NCBI RefSeq assembly: GCF_006345805.1
Contig: NC_043014.1
Coordinates: 46,190,001-46,254,000 of the forward strand
Direction: 5' to 3'
DNA from: Octopus sinensis
Lineage: Eukaryota
DNA: 64,000 nt
Under the pieces are notes generated by a model. The model did no database searches, was not told the origin of the DNA, and was given only the letters and a program-made list of their open reading frames with translations. Position 1 is the stretch's first letter; each line of letters starts with the position of its first letter. Position numbers and translations under genes: made by a program. Shown here piece by piece: positions 14,631 to 25,100 of this stretch.

Positions 14631-15116
14631 AACCTTTGCACAAGCAATTAAAAGAAAAAAAATTCATTAGTATAATTGGAAAAGTTATAAAAGATACCAT
14701 ATGGAAATTATCCCATAAAATGAAAGCATTTTACTGCTCTTCTTTGAAGAAACAGTTAACATTATAAGAGTTTAATTATTAAGAGGACAGGTGTTCTGGA
14801 TTTATATTCAAACTAGCACTATGACCTGGCAACGCCGGGTCATAGTGCTAGTGCAGGCAAATACAGCTGCGTGCGTGCACACATACACACGAGTACTGTC
14901 CAAATCTCTGACCAATTACATACGGCTAGCTGGCATTCAATTGGCGTATCAAGTTTTGGGCATTTTGACTGGGTTTTGGATAGAAAATTCACAAAAAAAT
15001 CACTTCTATTGATTTTTTAATGGCTTTGTGGGGTGACTGGGGAAATGTAAAGATGTGCATGACCACCCTTGGACGGTTTTAAATGACCACAGAAAGTGAG
15101 AGCCCTCTAACTGAAA

Positions 15117-15227
15117 AATTCATAAGAATTTTCCCCTCTTAGTGCTTGCTTTTTCCATGGGTATGAATAAGTATTTCACTTATATCTCACATATTTATCG
15201 CTGAAGAGGGGAAAATTCTTATGAATT
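15117..15227. mobile_element. Small MITE-like inverted repeat (24-bp perfect arms)
   Basis: AATTCATAAGAATTTTCCCCTCTT (15117-15140) is the exact reverse complement of 15204-15227. Confidence 0.6.
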
Positions 15228-15535
15228 AACCCCGAAATTGGGACCAATACGGTAATAACGGATTTTTTTAGAAATTTCTATCGGTTTGTTTCGAGATACA
15301 TAAATTATAATGGTTGACAATTTTGTCTTTTTTTCGGCATTAGAATTTTTCTTTTGCCCTTATTTTGTAAATTATTTATGTATATATCATCATCATCATC
15401 ATTTAACGTCCATTCTCCATGCTAGCATGGGTTGGACGGTTCGACCGGGGATCTGGGAAGCCAGAAGGCTGCACCAGGCTCCGGTCTTATCTGGCAATGT
15501 TTCTACAGCTGGATGCCCTTCCTAACACCAACCAC

Positions 15536-15594
<59 letters not shown>

Positions 15595-15604
15595 ATTAAA
15601 GCAA

Positions 15605-16440
15605 TGGCATCCTTTTGTTGGATCAAATATGAAGCAGGCAATCACAAACTTGAAGAAAAAAAAATTTAGATTAAGAGAACAATAAGTTTTAAGAATGAGG
15701 AGTTTGGTTAACTATCAAATCAACTAACGTCAAATAAATCACATCTGCCCAAAACTTGGACAAGGAGCATCACTTAAGTTACAGGGAGAGGCAAAGAAAA
15801 ATACTCAAATGAGTTGTACAAATGATTGAGTATCCTATTGTTGGAGCAAATATGATGTGGGCAATCACAAACTCGGGATCTTTTCGGTGTGACCGGCAGT
15901 TTTTGAAAATAATTTCCACGTAGCTAAACACTTTTAAACTTTGTATACTGGTAGAACGTGTTAATAAAACATCTTTTTCTCTTGGCTTTATTAGGAAAAT
16001 TCTATAGTTTGTAAGATATCTGTTGTTTTTTTTCTTCAGTTTCTACCAATCAATGATGTCTATTGAGGTAAAAACATTGTGCCGTATGAATATGTCCCTA
16101 GTTTAAGAAACAGATTGGGTTTATTTACATTTGTGAAGAGAAAAAAAAGATACCCTTCCCTCACCCTTAACCCTAAAACAGATTGAAATGCAATAGATAG
16201 ATACTAGGGTCATAATTATGGGTGACAATTTCATATGACACCACTAGAAAAAAACTGCCGTTCAAACCGAAAAGATCCCAAACTTGAAAAAATTTAGATT
16301 AAGGGATAGGAGGAGTTCAGTTAATAACTATCAAATCAACGCCAAATAAATCACATCAGCTCAAAAACTTGGACAAAGAGTATCACTTTTAAGTTGCAGG
16401 GAGAAGCAGAGAAAAATGCTACTCAAATGACATTGAGTAT
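15605..16440. repeat. ~230-bp local tandem duplication; second copy interrupted by a MITE
   Basis: CAATCACAAACTTGAA...ATTTAGATTAAG...AACTATCAAATCAAC...AAACTTGGACAA occurs at ~15640-15830 and again at ~15860-16430, split by the element at 15875-16279. Confidence 0.85.
15875..16279. mobile_element. Non-autonomous TIR DNA transposon (MITE), ~30-bp TIRs, 6-bp TSD
   Basis: Left end GGGATCTTTTCGGTGTGACCGGCAGTTTTT, right end AAAAACTGCCGTTCAAACCGAAAAGATCCC. Flanks AAACTC / AAACTT. Second, 5'-truncated copy at 27910-28306. Confidence 0.85.
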
Positions 16441-16507
16441 TACAGTTAAATATAGTCAGTTTGTTTTTCATGTATACCATAGGAAAGTATGAAGTCTTAT
16501 TTCTTAT

Positions 16508-16885
16508 GGAAGCACTCCGGTTACGACGATGAGGGTTCCGGTTGATCCGAATCAACGGAACAGCCTGCTCGTGAAATTAACGAGCAAGTGGCTGAGCACT
16601 CCACAGACACGTGTATCCTTAACGTAGTTCTCGGGGATATTCAGTGTGACACAGAGAGTGATAAGGCCGGCCCTTTGAAATACAGGTACAACAGAAACAG
16701 GAAGTAAGAGTGAGAGAAAGTTGTGGTGAAAGAGTACAGCAGGGATCACCACCATCCCCTGCCGGAGCCTCGTGGAGCTTTTAGGTGTTTTCGCTCAATA
16801 AACACTCACAACGCCCGGTCTGGGAATCGAAACCACGATCGTATGACCGCGAGTCCGCTGCCCTAACCACTGGGCCATTGCGCCT
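16508..16885 (-). mobile_element. tRNA-derived SINE family A, tail type 1
   Basis: Head GGAGGCGCAATGGCCCAGTGGTTAGGG...GGTTTCGATTCC (Pol III A/B boxes). Same element at 21823-22200 (+) and 44151-44538 (-). Confidence 0.85.
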
Positions 16886-17042
16886 TATTTCTTATAATCC
16901 ATTCAATAATGAACGCATTTTCAGCTACCATCAGTTGCATTACTTTCAATTAACTGGTACAGAAATTTAAATGTTAAATTTTTAGAGTTCTTGAAGCAAT
17001 CATTGTATTTCTTAATGCAATGTTCAGTTCAAGTTATAGAAC

Positions 17043-17320
17043 AGGCGCAGAAGTGGCTGTGTGGTAAGTAGCTTGCTTACCAACCACATGGTTCTGGGTT
17101 CAGTCCCACTGTGTGGCACCTTGGGCAAGTGTCTTCTACTATAACCGCGGGCCGACCAAAGCCTTGTGAGTGGATTTGGTAGACGGAAACTGAAAAGAAG
17201 CCCGTCGTATATATATATATATATATATGCGTGTGTGTGTTTGTGTGTCTGTCCTCCTAGCATTGCTTGACAACCGATGCTGGTGTGTTTATGTCCCCGT
17301 TACTTAGCGGTTCGGCAAAA
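17043..17320 (+). mobile_element. tRNA-derived SINE family C (partial)
   Basis: Head GTGGCTGTGTGGTAAGTAGCTTGC...GGGTTCAGTCCC and ACCTTGGGCAAGT core-like motif, with an internal (TA)n(TG)n tract. Confidence 0.85.
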
Positions 17321-17577
17321 GTAAAGAGTAATTGGGCTAACTGATGATTTGATGAATTATTAGTTCTACGTAATGTTGATATAGAGGAACAAGAAATATA
17401 TTTATAAAAATAGTTGTCTGAGTACACAACAGTAAAGTACAGGGTTCTATTTCTAATAAACTTGAATAACGAACATTTTCAACTATCCTCAGTTATTACT
17501 TTCAATTAATGGTAAATTAAAATTCTAACCAAATAATTTTTAGTTCTCGAAGTGATCATTGCATTTCTTAATACCTA

Positions 17578-17806
17578 TTTCTTTATTACCCACAAGGGGC
17601 TAAACATAGAGGAGACAAACATGGACAGACATAGGTATTAAGTCAATTACATCGACCCCAGTGCGTAACTGGTACTTAATTTATCGACCCCGAAAGGATG
17701 AAAGGCAAAGTCGACCTCGGCGGAATTTGAACTCACAACCTAACGGCAGCCGAAATACCGCTAAGCATTTCGCCCGACTTGCTAACGATTCTGCTAGCTC
17801 GCTGCC
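17578..17806 (-). mobile_element. SINE family B
   Basis: Reverse complement of GGCGGCGAGCTGGCAGAA...GAGTTCAAATTCCGCCGAGGTCGAC...GTAATAAAGAAATA. Other copies at ~18090-18235, 24268-24496, 30035-30205, 31678-31900, 39328-39930, 40450-40655, 58575-58750 and 60620-60760. Confidence 0.85.
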
Positions 17807-18277
17807 TTATTTCTTAATACCGTGTTCAGTTAACACAGCATTTTCATAAAATTAAAATGGGTTAATTGGTGATTTGCTACATGTGACAACGTATTCAGTC
17901 CATAGGGAGAAAGGGCACGTTCTAAGACTGTATCACAACACTTCAAGCAAACTATAATACCCTTCAAATACACATGTTCCTGTGTGCTGTAATAGGACAA
18001 CTTAAAGACTTGATGTCATGAAGGGAATTCTGCCTTACAAAAGAAATAAAGCCAAATACTCTTTACTCTAAGGCCCAAAATTTTTCGGGAGGGGGCCAAT
18101 TGATTAGATTGATCCCAGTATGCAACTGGTAATTTATCGACCCTGAAAGGATGAAAGGCAAAGTTGACCGTGGTAGAATTTGAACTCAGAATGTAAAAAC
18201 AGACAAAATACCGCTAAACATTTCACCTAGCTCGACGCCTTGAAATAAAGTCAAATATATAACATACGGGTGAGGTA

Positions 18278-18499
18278 CAGCTCAAAGTACATAGTGGGTT
18301 ATATTATGCCTTCTCTTTGAAATCTGGGGCATATGGTCAAAGTAAAAGGAGGGACTCCTTATGATTAAGTGCCCGCAGCCCTTATGGAAATGGGTAAATA
18401 AAAGGCTTTCCAAAGAGTGGTTCAACACTAGCCAGAATTAGAATGGTTAAAAGGTAACGAAGGAATTAAAGTAAGGGAGATGGTGAGGGGGAAGTTTAG
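18278..18499. repeat. Local dispersed duplication (partner 23750-24008)
   Basis: CAGCTCAAAGTACATAGTGGG...GGGGAAGTTTAG is present twice in the same orientation. The second copy has two extra segments. Confidence 0.9.
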
Positions 18500-19026
18500 A
18501 CAGTCATGGAACCAGCAAGGTTAAACAAGGTAACACTTGCAATATATCACTGATATGCTTATAAAAAAAAAAAAAAAAGAAAAGAAAAAAAAAAGGGGGG
18601 GGGGGAATGAAAAATTAGCCAAGGAAGCATTTTTGAACCTTGAGTGTGAATTGGTAATATTGGCACAAGGAAAATGTTCGGGTGAGAAAAACCAGGATTT
18701 AAAAATGTAGCAAATTCTAAATTATTCAATATTAGTATTTTAACCGAGTCTGTACAGTACAGAGTGTTTTGTTCAAAGCTCTTAATTATGCTTCCAGTTA
18801 ATTTGTGTAACATAAAAAAAAGGAAAAAAAAAGGAAAAGGAAAAAAAAAGGAAAAAAAAAAAGAAAAAAAAACTTTTGTACAAAGTGACTAAAAAAGAGG
18901 ATGATTACATACTGTGCAGTAAACTTTATGCCACAAATCCATATAGCAATGGTAAAAAAAAATCAGAGGGGAAGGAGAAAAAAAAAAAAAAAAAGCACAA
19001 AACAGCCAAATCCATTTTCTCTAATA

Positions 19027-19180
19027 TTAGAGACTTCTTCCAGTAAGGTTTTTATTCTGAGCTGAAGGGGTTTTCCGTTTCCTGCATTTAAACTGCTTTT
19101 GTTTTTTATAAGCTGGCTTTCCTTCGTATTTTCCATCTTCGGAATCCTCGTGGATGCTGCACTTCCCAGGAGCTTGATAC
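19027..19180 (-). CDS. RPP25L: RPP25-like terminal coding exon
   Basis: TTTTTCTAG|GTATCAAGCTCCT...; YQAPG motif, then a basic tail, stop TAA at 19029-19027. Confidence 0.9.
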
Positions 19181-22100
19181 CTAGAAAAAGAGAAAACACC
19201 AAACTAAATTCTAAACAGACCAAACTTTTAAGTCGGGGGATAACACCTTTAAATACTCTTTTACTTGTTCCAGTCATTTGACTGTGGCCATGCTGGAGCA
19301 CCGCCTTAATAGTCGAGCAAATCGATCCCGGGACTTATCCTTACGGGGACGTAAACACACCAGCATCGGTTGTCAAGCGATGTTGTGGGGACAAACTCAG
19401 ACACACAAACACACATATATATATATACATACATATATACGAAGGGCTTCTTTCAGTTTCCGTCTACCAAATCCACTCACAAGGCATTGTTCGACCCGAG
19501 GCTATAGTAGAAGACACTTGCCCAAGGTGCCACGCAGTGGGACTGAACCCTGAACCATGTGGTTGGTAAGCAAGCTACTTACCACACAGCCACTTCTACG
19601 CCTATATGATGCATTTTTGCTAGTTTATAACTGGTGTTGATTTTTTATTAACCCTAAAGGTCTTACACAGAGGGGACACCACAACACATTGGGGACACAA
19701 AACATCAAAATACACTCACATATGATGAGAAAAAAGGTGAAAAATGAGAGATGAAAGTGATGTTAGCTGCCCCATCAGTCAACATCAATCGTCCTTTTCT
19801 TTCCATTTTGCCATGAATTCCACAAAGTCCACAAATTCAACCTCATATATTTCTCCTAGTTCCTCCCTCCCTTCCGGTGCCAATCTTCCCTTTAAGAACA
19901 TCTATTCATCCTCAGGTTGCTTTTCAAGTTCTTTCTCCCGACTTTTTTTGACATTACCAATTCCATTTTCTGATGCCAGCCATCTGGCATTTCTATCTTT
20001 CCCCATATTTTCAATCTTTCGTATAAATGTTTGCTGTCAATAATACCTATACAATATTCTTCAGAGTGGGGGTTTTGTGTTATTGTTTGTTTTCTGTTTT
20101 CTTGTTGGTGGGGAGTGGGTGGGACACAATGGGTGAGGGTGGTGCTGCCTTTATTTGGACTACACATTAAAAGTAATGCAGAGTTAGCCAACAAAATAGG
20201 GTAGGAGAAGGCTCTTTAGTTCTCCTGCAAAGGGGGAGGACCTCTACTGCTGGTGGCACAACACTGAGCTGACCCATTTCTCAGTTGGTGTGACGCCAAC
20301 AACATCCAGGTCAGCATGGAAAAGGTGAAATTTGTTATCATCATCATCGTTTAACGTCCGTTTTTCATTTTAGCATGGGTTGGACGGTTCGACTGGGGTC
20401 TGGGAAGCCATGGAGGCTGCACCAGGCTCCAATCTTGATTTGGCAGAGTTTCTACAGCTGGATGCCCTTCCTAACACCAACCACTCAGAGTGTAGTGGGT
20501 GCTTTTACGTGCCACCGGCAGTACTGGCAACGACCTCGCTTGAATCTTTTTACACACACCACCAGCACAGGTACCAGTAAAGCGACGTTGGTAACGATCA
20601 TGCTCAAATGATGCCCTTTTACATGCCACCGGCACTGAAGCCGGTTAGCCGCTCTGTCAACAATCACCCTCGGATGGTGCTGTTGGCACCCTACTCGCAC
20701 CAGTGCCAGTAAGGTGACGCTGGTAACGATCACACTCGAATGGTGCCTTTTATTTGCCACTGGCATGGAAGCCGGTTAGCCGCTCTGTCAACGATCACGC
20801 TCGTATGGTGGTCTTTGCACCCCGCTAGTATGGATGCCAGTCATCGAATGTGATTTTAATTAAAATAGCTTAAGGAAATATCTTCCTCTTAGACAAATGC
20901 AACAACTGGACTTTACCACAATAGAATATACTAAGGGGTTCTGAAAAGTTCCTGGCTTTGGGTAAAAGAATATAAAGGAGGATCAGTTAATGATTTTATT
21001 CAACATATTCCCCTTGAAGATTCATACACTTATTGCAATAGTCCCTCAGTTTTCCTAAGCTCTGTAAGAACTTAGGTTAGGCGTCTAACCAGGCCTTGTG
21101 AGATACCCTTAACCCTTTTGTTACCAACCCGGCTGAAACCGGCTCTGTAGTACAAATGTCTTATTTTCAAAAGTTTTGAATTAAAATCTTCCACCAAACC
21201 TTAGTCACAATTTATGTTCCTAACACTAGCTGAATGATAACTAAGTTCATTTACTAAATTCTTTGTTACATTTAAAGTAATTGAAAGAAACACAGAGCAT
21301 CTCAAAATAAATACAGTAACGAATGGATTAAATATATAATAGAGAAACAATTCTTAACCCTTTTAATACCAACCCAGCTGAAACCACTTCTGGCTCTGTA
21401 GTACAAATGTCTTGTTTTCATAAGTTTTAAATTGAAATCTTCCACCAAACCTTAGTCACAATTTATGTTCCTAACACTAGCTGAATGGAAACTAAGTTAT
21501 TTTACTAAGTTCTTTGTTATATTTAAAGTAATTGATGAAACACAGAGCATCTAAAAAAAAATACAGTAATGAAAGGGTTAAAGCCAGGCAATTCTCAGCA
21601 CCACCTTATGAAGAACTTTAAAAATACAAACCCTGGTTCATTGACATCAAGCTGGTCTTTCGATAACAAAATCGAGATACACGGAATGTCACGGTTCACA
21701 ATTAACCTGTAAAATAAATTCGTACAAGTTGGAAAGAGATCAACTTCCTACGTATATAATGCAGGGCATTCATAAATTATCTTTACGACAACTTCAGTTT
21801 GTTGTATTGTAATTGTCTATATTGGAGGCGCAATGGCCCAGTGGTTAGGGTAGCGGACTCGCGGTCATAGGATCGTGGTTTCGATTCCCAGACCGGGCAT
21901 TGTGAGTGTTTATTGAGCGAAAACACCTAAAGCTCCACGAGGCTCCGGCAGGGATGGTAGTGATCCCTACTGTACTCTTTCACCACAACTTTCTCTCACT
22001 CTTACTTCCTGTTTCTGTTGTACCTGTATTTCAAAGGGCTGGCCTTGTCACTGTGTCACGCTGAATATCCCCGAGAACTACGTTAAGGGTACACGTGTCT

Positions 22101-25100
22101 GTGGAGTGCTCAGCCACTTACATGTTAATTTCACGAGCAGGCTGTTCCGTTGATCGGATCAACTGGAACCCTCGTCGTCGTAACCGATGGAGTGCTTCCA
22201 CAATTGTCTACATGTGTTGTGTGAAACTAATGGAGCCAACATTGAAGTGTTCTGATGTTTCTAATAAAACTGTTTTTGAGTTTGTTTTTCATCTGAGCTG
22301 CAAAAACTATGAACAACTTGTAAGTCTAGAATAAAACTCAAATGCATTAACGTTTAAGAAAGCTTGCCTCCACCATAAGGCCAAGTCAACCAAGCTGTAA
22401 TGTGGAAAAACAGTTATAATTAAGGTAGAACATCTCAGTAAGATGAGACCTTGTAGTGTAATGAATTTACAGGTAAGCTGCACAGTCATGCCTGCATTTA
22501 GCTTAAAAAAAAAAACTGTTTAACCCTTTCGTTACCAACCCGGCTGAAACCAGCTCTGGCTCTATAGTACAAATGTCTTGTTTTCAAAAGTTTTGAATTA
22601 AAATCTTCCACAACACCTTAGTCACAATTTATGTTCCTAACATTAGCTTAATGATAACTAAGTTATTTTACTAAATTCTTTGTTATATTTAAAGTAATTG
22701 AAAGAAATACAGAACATCTCAAAAATAAATACAGTAACGAATGGATTAAATATATAATAGAGAAACAGTTCTTAACCCTTTTAATACCAACCCGGCTGAA
22801 ACCACCTCTGGCTCTGAAGTACAAATGTCTTGTTTTCAAGTTTTGAATTAAAATCTTCCAAACCTTAGTCACAATTTATGTTCCTAACACTAGCTTAATG
22901 ATAACCAAGTTATTTTACTAAATTATTTGTTATGTTTAAAATTAATTAAAAGAAACACAGAGCATCTCAAAATAAATACAGTAATGAAAGGGTTAAAACA
23001 CTATTTTAATTGCATTAAATCTAACACAAATATTACAAATTAAATTATCGGTCGAAGAGGTTAGATGCCTTAATCCAAGAGTACAACAATGAGGTAAGGA
23101 TTGAACTAGCAAGACATTTAGTTGGACAAACCTCACAGTTACTGAGTATAAATACAATTAACTTACTTTTCAAGTCCTTTTATCTTGGGCAGCCAAGATT
23201 CTTTGACTCTAAAAATGAGAATTTGAAATACATTGAAACCTCACTCAAAGAATTACAAACGTATTTGGCAGTGGGATACGTAGAAAAATTACAAGTCATA
23301 CAGTGCAGGAAACAGCTCTAGTCAGTTTCTAAGCTATTTGAGAATTTCTCACCCAACTCAATATGAGACAAGGGGAAGAATTAACATCCAATAGAACAAA
23401 GAATCTACCGTTTACCTGTGAAAGGTGCTACATGCAAATTATTTTGGAACCAAAACATGTCCATCCCTTAATACCTACTTTCAGACTTATTTCAGCAGCA
23501 ATACTCTATGTAGCACAGTTAATACACACAAATGTATACATCATTTAACATCAGTTTTCCATGCCAGCAACCAGATGGCTGCACCAGGCTCCAGTCTTGA
23601 TCTGGCAGAGTTTCTACAGCTGGATGCCCTTCCTAATGCCAACCACTCCGAGAGTGTAATGGGTGCTTTTTACTTGCCACCGGCACGGGGGCCAGTCAGG
23701 CGGGACTGGCAATGACATCGCTCGAATCTTTTTACACATGCCACCGACACAGCTCAAAGTACATAGTGGGTTATATTATGCCTTCTCTTTGAAAGCTGGG
23801 ACATATGGTCAAAGTAAAAGGAGGGACTCCTTATGATTAAGCACCTGCAGCCCTTGTGGAAATGGGTAAATAAAAGGCTTTCCAAAGAATGTAGACACAA
23901 AAAAGTGGTTCAACACTAGCCAGAATTAGAGTGGCTATGTGTGTGTTGTACATGGCTAAAAGGTAACGAAGGAATTAAAGTAAGGGAGATGGTGAGGGGG
24001 AAGTTTAGCTACTTTAATGTATTGCACTGCTGACCATACAAACTTTACAACTAACCAATTCAGTTACACACAAATAGCATATTCTAACTGATGATCATAC
24101 TGGCCACTGCAGTGATTACAGTAGATCATAAATTAATCCAACAAGGGAAAGACAATTTTAAAAAACCACCCATACCAGAAAGAACTTGTATAAGCTGAGT
24201 GGATTACTAGAAACCGCCAAATCTACCTTTAAAGAAAGAAAAAAAAAAAAAACTTGGCTAATATAGGTTTCTTTATTACCCACAAGGGACTAAACATAGA
24301 GGGGACAAACAGGGACAGACAAAGGGATTAAGTCAATTACATCGACCCCAGTGCGTAACAGGTACTTAATTTATCGACCCCGAAAGGATGAAAGGCAAAG
24401 TCGACCTCAGCGGAATTTGAACTCAGAACGTAACGGCAGATGAAATATGGCTCTGCATTTCGCCCGGCGTGCTAACGTTTCTGCCAGCTCGCTGCCTAAC
24501 TTGGCTAATATAGTTATGGCTCCACACAATGTCCGTAGACTGTAGTCACAACTAGAATATCATCGACAGAATTAATCAGGAACAATCTAAGGTTAATGCT
24601 CCAATAAAAACTATTTTAACTGAACCTTTTCAAAGAGCTCATATTGAAAATTGAGTAAAGCAGAAATGGTAACAAAATTGTTAAGGTTTTCAGAAACATG
24701 AATTACATGAATAAACAATTTACCTTTCATATGCCAGTTTGTTCAATTGATGAAGGCCCTGAAAAAACAAAGTTTAAAAGATCCCTTAATAACAAGAATA
24801 TAAAAATTTAATAAAATTGCCATTTATAAAATTAAAATCTTTCTCAACCTCTATCTTGTGTTTCATAATCTCAGCACAGGTGATCGTCTTCGTGATTGCT
24901 GGACCACTTCCAGTCCAAACTATCCGTTTGGTATTGGAATTCTGCAACGATAAAAACAGAAATTAATAGAACTGCAAGCCAAGTTCTATCAGGATGCTTG
25001 ACAAAAACCTAAGGGAGCAGGATGCAAGTAGGCAATTCCAAAAATTCTTTAAAAGTCCACACTGCTATGGAAATGCACAATTCTAAGATTCAATTAATCT

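Noticed and set aside
20925-21105. Mariner-like MITE (AGGGGTTCTGAAAAGTTCC start)
   Set aside because: Only one TIR-like end is visible; too degraded to support a call.
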